Part shown: positions 38,148 through 51,850 of the stretch, in pieces
How positions within the stretch are numbered: the first letter of the stretch is position 1
Layout: every line of letters begins with the position of its first letter
Source: Octopus bimaculoides
Taxonomy: Eukaryota
DNA: 64,000 nt
NCBI RefSeq assembly: GCF_001194135.2
Contig: NC_068982.1
Location: forward strand, 29,342,054 to 29,406,053
Direction: 5' to 3'
Made by a program: the position numbers and the translations under genes
Notes under the pieces: model-generated
What the model was told of the DNA's origin: nothing
Seen by the model: the letters and a program-made list of their open reading frames with translations, nothing else
Database searches by the model: none

Positions 38148-41100
38148 AGTATATATATATATACATGTAAATATATATGGATATATGTGTGTGTGTGTGT
38201 GTGTGTGTGCGTGTGTGTATTTTGAAATTGTTATTCTATTTTTCCTTTTATTCATATATGAAATAATTTTATAAAAGCTATGCCTAGTATAGTACTTGTG
38301 ATCGTAAGTGCAACACCCTAACCACGATGACACGTGTCATCCTATATGTATATACATGCAGATGTATATATTTGTGTACACATAAGTATGCATATAAAAG
38401 TGTCTATGTGTGCGTCACATTGAAACCCTATATTAACTAAGATATCCACAATCCCTTTTCAAAACTGGAATCAACATGACATATATTTATGAGTGTGGAA
38501 AGAAAGACAAGAAGATAATAGTTATCTATAATAAGACTGCTACTGCCTGTTGCTAGGAACAAACCATAACCAATTCATGTCAGTCTTCTTTAGCTTTTGC
38601 AAGTCTTCCATGTATTAATGAATTAGATAAGTATACTATGGTGTCTTCCTTCATACTTTATCTCCCTTTCTTTCTCACTCTCATCTTCCTTTCATCATCA
38701 TTATCATCATCGTCATCATCTCGTTAAATAAATTATGAGGGCAAGGTATCTTAAATGTCATCAAATATAAAATAACGACTGTTTGGAACATTATATTTAT
38801 GCTTATAATAGATACCATGACAGATATTGGCCAGTGTGATTAAGAACTTTGGTCTGAAACCATGTCGTTTAGGATTTGTTTCCACTGTGAGACACTGTGG
38901 GCAGAGTAGGTCTTGTGTTTTATGCACTTGGATTGATCAATGCTTTATCATTGGAGTTGGTAGGTGGAAATTGTGTGAAGCTTATCACACTGGCACTGAT
39001 GTCTTTTGGTATTAATACTGCTCCTGTTGTTAATAATCATTTTTTAATAAGCATGCTAGTTATCTGAAACATCAGTGACTTTTCACTTACTGAAATTCTA
39101 TATATTGCTGGCAGTGAGATTAGACTGGTGTGCAGCTACCAGACATCTGCCACTGAGGAGGTGAGGTAAGTTGAAATCACGTGATCTGGCAGTTCTAGCA
39201 CCCATAGCAGACGATTCTTATGGATCAGTGGCTAGATCATAAGGCTTACAATCATGTGCTAGGGAGTTCAATTTCTGGACCTGACTGTGCATTGTATTCT
39301 TGAGCAAGACACTTTATTTCACTCAGCTGTAGAAATGAGTTGCAGTGTCACTGGGGCCAAGCTGCATTGACTTTGCCTTACCTTTGGATAACATCGGTGG
39401 TGTGGAGAGGGAAGGCTGGTATGCATGAGTGACTGCTTCTCCTCAGTAAACAACCTTGTCTGGACTTGGGCCCCAGGGAGTAACTTTCTAGGTGCAATCC
39501 CACGGTCATTTGTGACTGCAGGGGGTCTTTGCCCTTTGCTCTTTNNNNNNNNNNNNNNNNNNNNNNNNNNNNNNNNNNNNNNNNNNNNNNNNNNNNNNNN
39601 NNNNNNNNNNNNNNNNNNNNNNNNNNNNNNNNNNNNNNNNNNNNNNNNNNNNNNNNNNNNNNNNNNNNNNNNNNNNNNNNNNNNNNNNNNNNNNNNNNNN
39701 NNNNNNNNNNNNNNNNNNNNNNNNNNNNNNNNNNNNNNNNNNNNNNNNNNNNACAGCCACTCCTGCGTGGTACTTGAAAGGTACTTGATTTTTCTCTTTT
39801 TTTTTAGGCCTAGCACTTATTCTATTACTCTCTTTTGTTAAAGTGCTAAGTCTTGGGGACATAAACAAACCAACACCAGTTGTCGAGAAGTGGTGGGGGA
39901 CAAACACACACACACATACATATATATATATACATATATACGACAGGCTTCTTTCAGTTTCCGTCTACCAAATCCACTCACAAGGCTTTGGTTGGCCCAA
40001 GGTTATAGTAGAAGACACTTGCCCAAGGTGCCGTGCAGTGGGAATGAACCCGGAACCATGTGATTGGTAAGCAAGCTACTTACCACACAGCCACTCCTGC
40101 GTGGTACTTGAAAGGTACTTGATTTTTCTCTTTTTTTTTAGGCCTAGCACTTATTCTATTACTCTCTTTTGTTAAAGTGCTAAGTCTTGGGGACATAAAC
40201 AAACCAACACCAGTTGTCGAGAAGTGGTGGGGGACAAACACACACACACATACACACACAACACACACACACACACAACGTGCACACACACACACACGAA
40301 ATAAAGTTTCTCATAATAGAATTTATAAAGACATTCATTGATAAAGCACCAAAACTCATTAGTGTTGTCATCATTATTGCCAGTGCTATTAATATCATTA
40401 TAATCATCAGTGTTGTCATCATCTTCATTGTGATAATTTTACCTCCCATATCCCATACATACACCATCAAGTCACATTATATGTTGAAAACAATGCAGAA
40501 TATGAAATGATATTTGCTTCATTAGCCAAGTTCCAATTATTCCAACTACATAATATGGTAATCATATTCATTTGTTTTGTCTTTATCCATCTGCCACTGA
40601 ACTTCTAGTTTGATTACATTCATTTAGTTCCTGTTTAGCATTTCTCTTCTGCCTTGTCTCAAACTATCTATTTTCCATTTGAAACAAAAATCCCTTTTGT
40701 CACAAACAGCAACAATAACTTATAACTTTTGTGAACTACAGTCACTGTTCTCTCATTCATTCACTCAAAAACTCAGCTCATTATATTTCCTAGTTTATCT
40801 ATAATTTAAAACAAGCCACAGGCAATATTCTGATACCATTCTGTTTTTTTTTCTCCTCTTATTTAACTCACATGATTCAAATGTTGATTACAATCCATCT
40901 ATTTTACATTCTGATATGCTTCTTATATTTCGATGGTTATGTAAACATAACCGAAAATTAAACATTAATATTCAGGAAAAACTTCTCCACTGAAAATTTT
41001 CAGATTTTCTCTAAAATTTGTAAGATTCAAAATGGAAAAAAAAGCAACAACAAAACAAAACAGTTCAGTATATGTGGTGATGATAGTGAATGGATAAGAA

Positions 41101-41487
41101 AATATAAATTTAAATTATTTATATAATAGAAACATATATCAAAAATTGGAAATAACAACAAATACGACTTATATTGGTTGTCACTGTGATTAAAACTTTA
41201 ACATAAAAAGAAATAAACCTCTCCACCTCCAAAGCCTATTTCAATCTATCCTTTAATTACAAATATCCATTCACTTCAAACTCACACAAATGTTTTCTAT
41301 ATTCACAAAGATATTTTAAAGTCAAATATGAAGAAGGACTAAAACAATGAAACACTATGAATTAGTTTTGTAACGAAAAGAAATTTATCTCCAAGCATCT
41401 CTTTCTCTCTCTTGCTCTGTATGTATGTATGCATGTATGTATGTATGTATGTATGTATGTATGTATGTATGTATGTATGTATGCATG

Positions 41488-42060
41488 TCATTATTCAGTT
41501 TATTTCAATATTTGTTGCCAATAGAGAAAGAACTGGTTTCTAACCTAGATCCAAGGTTTCTTCGTTGGAATTTCAACATCAACAACAGGGTATTTTTGTA
41601 TGTATGTATGTATGTATGTATGTGCAGATTTGTATGTTTTATGCATGTATTCTCTTGCATATAGTTACATATCCAGACATGTTCATATATATTTAAATGA
41701 TAAACTTCTGGAAAGTTTTACAGATTTTTACAGTTCCAGTGATGGATTGGATTTGTAGTCTTTGAATTAGCTTTCTCCTTTCTGGTTTTGAGAAGCCTAA
41801 TTTTTCAAGATTGGTAATTAGGCAGTATGTTACATATCTCAGGACCCCAATAATTACAGGTATAAACCTGAACTTGTAATCTAGATAGAGTAACTGCAGA
41901 TTTCTCAATAGTTCAGCATAGGTGTTTTCGTTTTCCCTGATCTTCAGCTTTATGTTAATATCTGCTGGGCAGCTAATTTCCACAACTGTGCACAGTTTCT
42001 CTTTCTATCCCAAATTATTATAACATGTCTGTTGTGCTTACATTTTATTGAGGTCTTCAC
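41488..42060 (-). mobile_element. 5'-truncated REL-endonuclease LINE (R4/Dong-like, second family) flanked by (CATA)n
   Basis: VKTSIKCKHNRHVIIIWDRK / LCTVVEISCPADINIKLKIRENENTYAELLRNLQ...IPVIIG...LQIQSITGTVKICKTFQKFII*, then a 3' UTR. (TATG)n on the + strand at 41419-41482 and 42061-42108. Confidence 0.8.
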
Positions 42061-42621
42061 TATGTATGTATGTATGTATGTACGTATGTATGTATGTATG
42101 TATGTATGTTTGCATGTATATATAGAAAAGTCTCTTTGAATGACTCCTATAAAAAGCTGGTCTTTTTATGGAGAGAAGCTGGCATCTCTTAGTTCAATCA
42201 TTTTCATAAGGATGCTTGAGAATGGCTGGCCATCTTATTTGGGTGACAATAATTAGGCAGAGATTAAGTAACTTTGGGAAAGAGAGAGAAACAGAGAAGA
42301 AGGACCAAGCCCAATCCTGACTGGTAGTTATTTTATCGATTACAAAAGAATGAAAGACTAATTTAACTTGAAAGATTTTGGACATAGAACTCAAAGACGT
42401 GGAACAAATATTGCAAAACAGGAGGTCTAAGAGAAATTCAGCAAGGCAGAAAAAGACTGTTTTCAAGTCCATGTGAGGTAAAGGGCTCCTCCAAATTTTC
42501 AAAGATTCTCTGAGGGATTTTTCTTATTATTCAAAATTCTTGCCTTGGCTCTCCTGTACCTCAGTTCAATGTACTGGTTGACTTAACCCAGCTCTTAACC
42601 ACAAAGTAATGCCTGCATCTC

Positions 42622-42660
<39 letters not shown>

Positions 42661-42818
42661 TGTGTGTATGCATGTATAGGTTAGGCCTGGCTGTGTGGTA
42701 AGAAGCTTGCTTCTTAACCACATGGTTCCAGGTTCAGTCCAGGGAAGTATTTTCTACAGCCTCAGGTTGCTCAAAGCTTTGTGAGTACATTTGGCAGGTA
42801 GAAACTGAAAGAAGCCCG

Positions 42819-42859
<41 letters not shown>

Positions 42860-43819
42860 ATAAGGGCAATTACTATATAGTAATGCCTCACGCTTNNNNN
42901 NNNNNNNNNNNNNNNNNNNNNNNNNNNNNNNNNNNNNNNNNNNNNNNNNNNNNNNNNNNNNNNNNNNNNNNATGTGTGTCTTTGTGTCAGTGTCTGTCAT
43001 CATGCCATCACTTGACAATAGGTATTGGTGTGTTTACATCTCTGTAACGGGTTTGGCAAGAGAGACTGATAGAATAAGAACTTGGCTTAAAAATTAAGGG
43101 CTAGGGTCGATTTGTTGAGCTAAAATCCTTCACAGACAAATTACTGAAGCAAGTAGGAGAATAAAGAAAGTATATATACATATATTATATGTATCTATGT
43201 ACATTTATAAATAACAAATAAGTAACAAGTAAGAAACATAAGTAACAAGGATGTCCAGGTATCAGCCCATTACGGCCGTTTCAAGCAGCTCCATTTAATT
43301 GATCAATGAAAACATTACATCAATTTGAAATAAACCACTCTCCTCAGAATCAGATGACCATATAGATTTCCAGCATAAAAAATAAACCATTCTTGTTACT
43401 TATTTGCATTTCATTCATCTAACTTCAAGCTGCATGGACTATACCGAACAGGCTTGGCACCTCAATTTAAGTGCCTAATTCAACTGAATCTTAATCATTT
43501 CTTATACCATCATCGCTTGACAACTGATGTTGGTGTGTTTACGTCTCTCTAACTTAGCGGTGTGACAGAGTTTAGTGTCCAATGAAGGAAAGGTTGGCAT
43601 GGGTGCCAGTCGTCGAATTTGGTTTGATTTCGATTATATATATATATATATATATATCTATATATATATATATCTACACAGGTATATATGTTTATATATA
43701 TATATATATACATATATGTTTGTATTTGCATTTATAAATATGTATGTGTATGTGCACACATATGTGAATACAGATACACACACTGACACAAACGTGGACA
43801 CACAGACAGAGACAGACAC

Positions 43820-43855
<36 letters not shown>

Positions 43856-43931
43856 CTTGATATCTCTCAGAATGAAACTGACGGTAGGCTTGTTAACCCA
43901 CAAATAAAGAATATTCTTATTGTTCGATATT

Positions 43932-43967
<36 letters not shown>

Positions 43968-45399
43968 AAATTTTGAAAGAGAAAATTGTAATATACTGAT
44001 ATACTCGATTGTAGACATATTGGGCACAAATAAACTAAACTGAATTGTTTATTTGTGTAACACATGAATAAAATAGGATGTTTTTTCCCCATTATTGAAG
44101 ATATAGAACTTTGGCTTCCAATCATCTTGTACTTTATTTCTTTTTTTTTATAGGTAATAAAATGAACAAAATATAATAACACATCAAAGTTTTTAATATT
44201 AGTTCTCTTGTTGTGACACAAAGGAAGTTATACTAATTATCAACAGAGAAANNNNNNNNNNNNNNNNNNNNNNNNNNNNNNNNNNNNNNNNNNNNNNNNN
44301 NNNNNNNNNNNNNNNNNNNNNNNNNNNNNNNNNNNNNNNNNNNNNNNNNNNNNNNNNNNNNNNNNNNNNNNNNNNNNNNNNNNNNNNNNNNNNNNNNNNN
44401 AGATTGCTTTCAAAGTTAAAAAAGTATTTTAAAAATATCATTTTAGGGAATCAATAGAAATATGTTTTGTCATTAAATATGATAGTGTAGACTATAAAGT
44501 AAGTTTTAGGTTTGAAAATTAAATATTACTTTTTAAAACTCAATAGAAAATATAGGTTCTATTTTCATTTTACCAAGTAAATTTTCTTCAGAAGAAATAG
44601 TTCAAATTTCCTAATTAAATACATTATTCTTCTTTATTCCTTTTTGAGAAGATTTATTCGTATCTTTTCCCCCAATGGAATGCTTGGTAGAAATGATGTC
44701 AGTGCAATTTTACAAACAAATTCTAAAAATTTAGAACATCAAAATCCCTATATGGTTCCTGAATATCTGTAAACCTATCTCTTCAATGAAATGTGTGAAG
44801 TCTTATGTTTCCCAATGGAATGCAAAACATTTCAATGGGATTTCACAAATAATCCTGTTAAATTTAAGAACAACAAAATCTCTACATGGTTCCTTAAAAT
44901 CTATAAACTTATCTCTTCTCTGAAATGTGTGAAAGTATGCATTGCCATGATTCCAAGCTGTATAATTTTGTTTAGTCATTCAGTTTTTCAGTAATTGAAA
45001 GTCAGTTGCTGCTCCAACCGACATACCTTTCCAAATTGGTTGGTGGTGGTGGTGGTGGACCACACACAAAACATGGGAAGCAAATCTTTCACTTCAAATT
45101 GCTTTTGTTTTGTTCATTTCACTTTCATACCCACTTGTCACTAAATCTTATTTTCTTATACAGACAGAATGTAGTTGATTGTATCAACTCTAACTCATCA
45201 CTCATATATACTTTCTTTGTAAACTCCTGGAGAGATTAAAGGAAAAGTCAACTCCAGCAGAATTTGAAATCAACATAAGGAGATTGGGAAGAGTTTTTAA
45301 ATGAAGGATGCTTAAAAATCTTGTGTCAACATGTCTAAGACAAATGTGAAATTTCAAAATGATATTGCAAGTTTGGCTTAATCAGTGGCCTGTAAATAG

Positions 45400-45770
45400 C
45401 ACCATTTGAGCGTAACCGTTACCAGCGTTGCTTTCTAGCACTTGTGCTGGTGGCACATTAGAAAATCATTCAAGCAAGGTCGTTGCCAGTGCTGCTGGAC
45501 TAGCTCCCATGCAGGTGGCATGTAAAGAACACCTCTTTGAGCATGGCCGTTGCCAGTACCATGTGACTGGCCCTCGTGGCGGTGGCATATAAAAGCACCC
45601 GCAACACTCTTGAAGTGGTTGGCGTTAGGAAGGGCATCCAGCTGTAGAAACTCTGCTAGATCAGATTGGGGCCTGGTGCAGCCTTCTGGCTTGCCAGTCC
45701 TCAGTCAAATCGTCCAACCCATGCTAGCATGGAAAGCGGACGTTAAACAATGATGCTGATGATGATGATG
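45400..45770 (+). mobile_element. Repeat family ending ...catgctagcatggaaagcggacgttaaa(cgat)(GAT)n, with internal ~65-70-bp subrepeats
   Basis: Copies at ~3600-3770(-), 7725-7890(-), 23430-23600(+), 24340-24655(+), 32290-32470(-), 46118-46335(+), 51420-51560(-), 53172-53315(+), 60290-60640(-). (GAT)n tails suggest LINE-type mobilisation. Confidence 0.75.
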
Positions 45771-46635
45771 ATTGCTATATTCTGCAAGGTCAAAAAAATA
45801 TTCTAATGCCTTCTGCTGTATTTATCATCATATTTAATCCAAGTTAGCAGATGTATTTCAGTTACTTAAGAATGAGATGATGATTATAACCATTCTATGT
45901 TGTTGATGCCATAAGAATGAATTTTATAAACCTTTGTGAGAGTGTGAAATAACTCTGTTTTGGAATAGTGGATGTTGAAGCACACACATAAAGCTATAAA
46001 CAATGGGTTGAAAATCCTTTTTGAATAGAAAAAGTCGAAGGAACCCAATATTGGCAAGCTACTATTTATAGCTTTATGTGTGTTTTGAGAGCCACTGTTC
46101 CAAAGAAGAATTTTAATAAAAGACACCATTTCGAGCGTGGCCGTTTTCGTGCGGGTGACATGTAAAAGCACCCACTACACTCTCTGAGTGGTTGGCGTTA
46201 GAAAGGGCATCCAGCTGTAGAAACTCTGCCAAATTAGATTGGAGCCTGGTGTTGCCATCCGGTTTCACCAGTCCTCAGTCAAATCGTCCAACCCATGCTA
46301 GCATGGAAGGCGGACGTTAAACGATGATGATGATAGATTTTCACACATCATAATCAACTATACAGAAAACTAAGAGATTTCATATACATTTGTCTTTATT
46401 CTCTGTTCTTTTCCTTGTTTCAGTCATTAGACTGCAGCCATGCTGGGGCACCTCCTTGAAGAATTTTTAACTGACTGAATCGATCCCCAGTACATCTTTT
46501 TTTAAATCTTGGTACCTATTCTATTGGTTCCTTCTGCTGAGCCACTAAGTTACAGGGACATGAACATGCCTACACCAGTTGTCAGATGGTGGTGGGGACA
46601 AACTCAGACATAAAGACACACACACATGCACGCGT

Positions 46636-46668
<33 letters not shown>

Positions 46669-47151
46669 GGAATTCTTTCAGTTTCTTATTTCTTTATTGC
46701 CCACAAGGGGCTAAACATAGAGGGGACAAACAAGGACAGACAAAGGGATTAATCAATTACATTGACCCCAGTGCTTAACTGGTACTTAATTTATTGACCC
46801 CGAAAGGATGAAAGGCAAAGTCAACCTCAGCAGAATTTGAACTCAGAATGTAATGGCAGATGAAATACCGCTAAGCATTTCGCCCGGCATGCTAATGTTC
46901 CTGACAGCTTGCTGCCTTGTTTCAGTTTCTATCTACCAAATCCACTCACAAGGTTCTGGTCGGCCCGAGGCTGTAGCAGAAGATACTTGCCCAGGGTATC
47001 ATGCAGTGCGACTGATTCTGAAACCATGAAGCTGGGAAGCAAGCTTTCTTGCCACACAGCCATGTTTGTACCTCTGCTACTTCTTTTTCATTTTGTTTCA
47101 CAACACTTTTCCGTGTAAAATGAAAATATCCTAATAAATACAGCATATTAA

Positions 47152-47579
47152 CCCTTTTGTTTCCGTATTTCTGTTGAGATGCTCTGTGTTTCTTTTAATT
47201 AATTTTAAATATAACAAAGAATTTAGTATTTCGTTTTGGGATTTGGTTTGCAAGATTTTTTATGTGATTTCGTGTGTTGAAGCATATTCTGTTGTGTCTG
47301 GGGAGTGTCATTTTCTTATTGTGCCTTAAAATTTAACACACTCACCGGTAAAATTTCCACTTATTTCTTATTTTTATTTTCCTAAAATTTTCGTTGCGTC
47401 TTGCAACCTTTTCAATAGTCTTGACTATTTAGTAAAATAACTTATTATCATTAAGCTAGTGTTAGGAACATAAATTGTGACTAAGGTTTGGTGGAAGATT
47501 TTAATTCAGAACTTTTGAAAACAAACACATTTGTACTACAGAGTCAGATGCAGTTTCAGCCAGGTTGGTATCGAAAGGG
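47152..47579. mobile_element. piggyBac-type MITE
   Basis: TTAA|CCCTTTTGTTTCC ... GGTATCGAAAGGG|TTAA (TTAA at 47148-47151 and 47580-47583). Confidence 0.75.
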
Positions 47580-49299
47580 TTAAAGATTAACAGAAATTTT
47601 AACAGTTACATTTTAGTGTAAAACTGGGAAGCTCAGGTTTATTGTTTGGTAAATCTTTACTCTTTTAGTTGTGAATGTCTTAGAAGTATAAGGAAATAAT
47701 TCTTATCAACTACGTTGAAATAATTCTTATTTTGTTGAAATGATGTTCAACAAAGTAACATAATAAGACAGTAACAGAATAAAAATAACACAGCACAGTA
47801 AATATTCATGCAAATACAAGCAAAATATGTGTTTATGTGTTACATGTAGCCATTTTACTGTAGATAACATGGTAAAGAAGTATATAATCAAAGCTTGAAT
47901 ATACTGTATGACAATCATAAAAAAAATATTGCTTGAGCCAGACATAAAAGATGACAATAATTGATTGTTAAGTTTAAACATGAAGAAGTATATTGCAAGT
48001 ATTGCAAAGTGTCTTATTAGGAAAAAAAAAAAAAAAAGATGGTGGTTTATGACAGTCAGCTGTAGAGCAGTAAATTCAAACAATTTTTTAAGCATTTATA
48101 TATATATATACTATTTACTTGTTTCAGTCATTTGACTGTGGCCATGCTGGAGCACCGCCTTTAGTCAAGCAAATCGACACCAAGACTTATTCTTTGTAAG
48201 CCTAGTACTTATTCTATCAGTCTCTTATGCCGAACTGCTAAGTTACGGGGACGTAAACACACCAGCATTGGTTGTNNNNNNNNNNTATCGTTCTCTTTGA
48301 CCGAACCGCTAAGTTACGGGGACGTAAACACACCAGCATCGGTTGTCAAGCAATGCTAGGGGGACAAACACAGACACACATATACATATATACGACGGTC
48401 TTCTGTCAGCTTCCGTCTACCAAATCCACTCACAAGGCTTTGGTAGAAAACACTTGCCCAAGATGTCACGCAGTAGGACTGAACCCGGAACCATGTGGTT
48501 TGTAAGCGAGCTACTTACCACACATCCACTCCTACGCCTATATACATACGAAACATGCATATATACATACGTATATATCTATATATTCTCATCGAATCCT
48601 CTGTGTGTTAACATGGGTCTCCTAACGACGATGCAAACTTCATTTAATAAAGATCTCCTTGGCGTGAAGAGTAGACTGCGATATGTACTTCACTTGGATA
48701 TTTACAATTTCCGAGGTTCCTTTCAGTATGAAAAGCGCAGGTTTTATCTACTCTATTCCTTAACTCTTGGATATTTATTCGCACACCATCAAACCTGCCT
48801 GTCAACCGAGGAATATAAAATAATTTTTTTCGGCTTATCGTTCTTCGATACGGAATAAAATCACAAATTACTGTGCCAATAGTTCACCCCGAAAAATTTT
48901 CAGGCCTTGTGCCTTTAGTAGAAAGGATTATTATTATTATTANNNNNNNNNNAGTGGGACTGAACCAGGAACCATGTGGCTGGTAAGCAAGCTACTTACC
49001 ACTCAGCCACTCCTGAAACTTTTTAGGGAATGTGAAATAATATTTTTGGAATAACTTCTTGAAGCTCATTACATAAAGCTACAAGTAATAGCATGTTAAT
49101 ATTGGGTTAAAAAAGGCCCTTCTGGATAGAAAAAGTTGAAGACTACATAAAAGGCTGGTTTATTTCATCCGAAAAGTTACATGCAATTACCTATAGCTTA
49201 ATTTGGTGTGCTTCAACACCCAATGCCCCAGAAACAGATTATCCATCCATCCATCCATCCATCCATCCATCCATCCATCCATCCATCCANNNNNNNNNN

Positions 49300-49410
49300 C
49301 CCACTTTTGTTTTTTTTCTGCTTTGTTTTCGACCCCCTCGAAAAGAAAAACTCTACATTTGTATTTTGTCCCCTCTGTGTTGAGACCTGTGTGGCTAATA
49401 AAGAAACCTA
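49300..49410 (+). mobile_element. 3' end of the same LINE-like family (more diverged)
   Basis: aaaagaaaaactctacatttgtattttgtcccc...tgtgtggctaataaagaaa; follows (TCCA)n and a 10-N gap, and is followed by tatctatc. Confidence 0.5.
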
Positions 49411-50404
49411 TCTATCAGTGTGTGTGTGTGTGTGTGTGTGTAATACACCTTTATTATCAGCTAAACTTGGTTTCCATAATCTATCTATGGAGGTATGGCA
49501 TTGTCAGTGGCTTTTGAAAGTCTTTCTATATTCAGAGAAAAAAGGCAGCTGAACCAGATGAATATGGTTACAGTTCGAATTGAGCATTTGATGGTTAGTC
49601 GTTTGTAGTAAACAAAGGAAGAGATTTGCAGACAGACATGGTATTCTGATGAAAAAAGATAAGACAAAGTGCCTGATATGGTATCTGTAGAGTGAAATAC
49701 AGGGTGAATGGTTTTGTGTCTTGGTAGAATACAATCAAATTTAGAAGAAAAAGAAACATTGTAGAAGAGACAAAAACGAATATATAGATAGGCACAGGCT
49801 TTAATGTGTGGTACGAAGTTTGCTTTCCAGCAACATGGTTTGGGGAACAGTCCTACTCTTTGGCACATTGGGCAAGTGTCTTCTACTATAGCCTTGGATT
49901 AACCAAAGGCTTGTGAGTAGATTCGGTAGATGGAATGTGCATGCGCGCGTGTATGTGTGTGTGTGCTGTGTGTTTGTCCCTCACTACCACTTGACAACCG
50001 GTGTTGGTTTGTTTATGTCCCTGTAACTTAGCAGATTGGCGAATAGGCTGATAGGATAAGTACCAGGATTAAAATTATAAGCAGTGGGGTTAATTCATTT
50101 AACTATAGTTCTTCAAGGTAGTGCCCCAGCATGGCTGCAGTCTAATGACTGAAACAAGTAAAAGATAAAATTTAACTGGTAGACAATGCTCGTACTGTGT
50201 TGGTGAGTGATAGTTTTTTTATAAGGCAGATAACTGTTTTAGAATGCAAAAACTATATTCTGTTGCAGAGTAAACTGACCCTTAGTATGGCGACAATAAC
50301 TTCCAAGTGTTTTCTGACATTGGAAAGAAAAGCAAATCATGCGAAACATTGACTGCTTGATGTATGCTTAGTTTCTGTAGGAGATCATGATTGAAAGGTA
50401 CTCT

Positions 50405-51268
50405 TAAATGGGCCGGTTATGCTGCATTGGCATAGTTACACTTGGCTTGCTGAGTCTTCTCGAGCACAGCATATCTCCAAAGGTCTCGGTCACTTATCAT
50501 CACCTCCATGAGACCCAACATTTAAAGGTTGTGCTTCACCACCTCATCCCAGGTCTTCCTGGGTCTACCTCTTCCACTGGTTCCTTCTACTGCTAGGGTG
50601 TGACCCTTTTTCATACAGCTGTCTTCATCCATACGCAACACATGACCATACCAGTGCAGTTGTCTCTCTTGCACACCACATCTGATGTTTCTTATGTCCA
50701 ACTTTTTTCTCAGGGCGCTTACACTCTGCCGTGAAGGCACACTGACATTACACATCCAGCGGAGCGTACTAGCTTCATTCCTTGCAAGCTTACACATGTA
50801 CTCAGTAGTCATGGCCCATGCTTTACTGCCATGTAGCATGGCTGTTCACATACATGTGTCATATAGTCTACCTTTTACTCTGAGTGAGAGGCCTTTTGTC
50901 ACCAGCAGAGGTAGGAGCTCTCTAAACTTTGCCCAGGCTATTCTTATTCTAGCAGCTGTACTTTCAGAGCATTCACCCTGGCTATTGACTTGGTCACCTA
51001 GGTAACAGAAGCTGTCAACTACTTGTAATTTTTCTCCCTGGAATATGGCAGAAGTTGTTCTCTGCACATTTTCAGTGTTTATTGCTTCTGAGCATCTGCC
51101 ACACACAAAAACCATCTTCCCAGTTAGCCTTCCTTTGATATTGCTGCACTTCTTATGTGTCCATAGCTTACACGAGGTATATCTTATGGAGTTTCTACCT
51201 ACGCCTTTTCTACAGATTGAGCAGGGTCATCTACCTGAAGGGAATTGTGAGCTGTCTGCCTTCCTACT
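50405..51268 (-). mobile_element. 5'-truncated RTE-clade LINE (RT C-terminal region with Cys-rich insert)
   Basis: PCSICRKGVGRNSI...WTHKKCSNIKGRL..VFVCGRC; VVDSFCYLGD; ARIRIAWAKFRELLPLL; LHGSKAW; LHWYGHVLRMDEDS; GRGRPRKTWDEVV. All are typical RTE motifs. Confidence 0.9.
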
Positions 51269-51285
51269 TATATATATATATATAC

Positions 51286-51318
<33 letters not shown>

Positions 51319-51337
51319 NNNNNNNNNNTATATATAC

Positions 51338-51398
<61 letters not shown>

Positions 51399-51634
51399 CA
51401 TAAACATATATCATCATCATCATTATCATCATGCCTTCCATGCTGACATGGGTTAGATGGTTTGACTGGAACAGCTAAGCTGGAGAGCTGCACCAGGCTC
51501 CAATCAGATTTGATATGGCTTCTATGGCTGGATCCCCTTCTTGACACCAAGTGCTCCAAGAGTGCAATAGATGCTTTTTTATGTGCCACCGGCGCCAGGT
51601 GCTTATATGTGCCACCGGCATGGGTGCTGGTTAG

Positions 51635-51850
51635 GTGACACTGGCATCAGTCACAACTATAGTTTCACTTGGCTTGATGAGTCTTCTCAAGTACAGCATA
51701 TTGCCAAAGTTCTTTGTTAATTGTCATCACTTCTGTGAGGCCCAGCATTTGAAGATCATGCTTAACCACCTTGTTCCATATCTTCTTGGGTCTACCTCTT
51801 CCACAAGTTCGTTCCACAGTTAGAAATTGGCACTTCATTACACAGCTGTC
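51635..51850 (-). mobile_element. 3' fragment of the same RTE family
   Basis: CGRGRPKKIWNKVVKHDLQMLGLTEVMT..KELWQYAVLEKT, similar to 50440-50620. Confidence 0.8.

Noticed and set aside
45960-46110. KQWVENPF resembling the hAT WIRNPF motif
   Set aside because: A single short motif with no supporting downstream match.
47727-48095. 122-aa hydrophobic minus-strand ORF
   Set aside because: F/I/L richness reflects T-rich sequence; no domain recognised.
48236-48345. Tandem duplication across a 10-N gap (also 30240-30450)
   Set aside because: Most likely unmerged overlapping contig ends or haplotypes.
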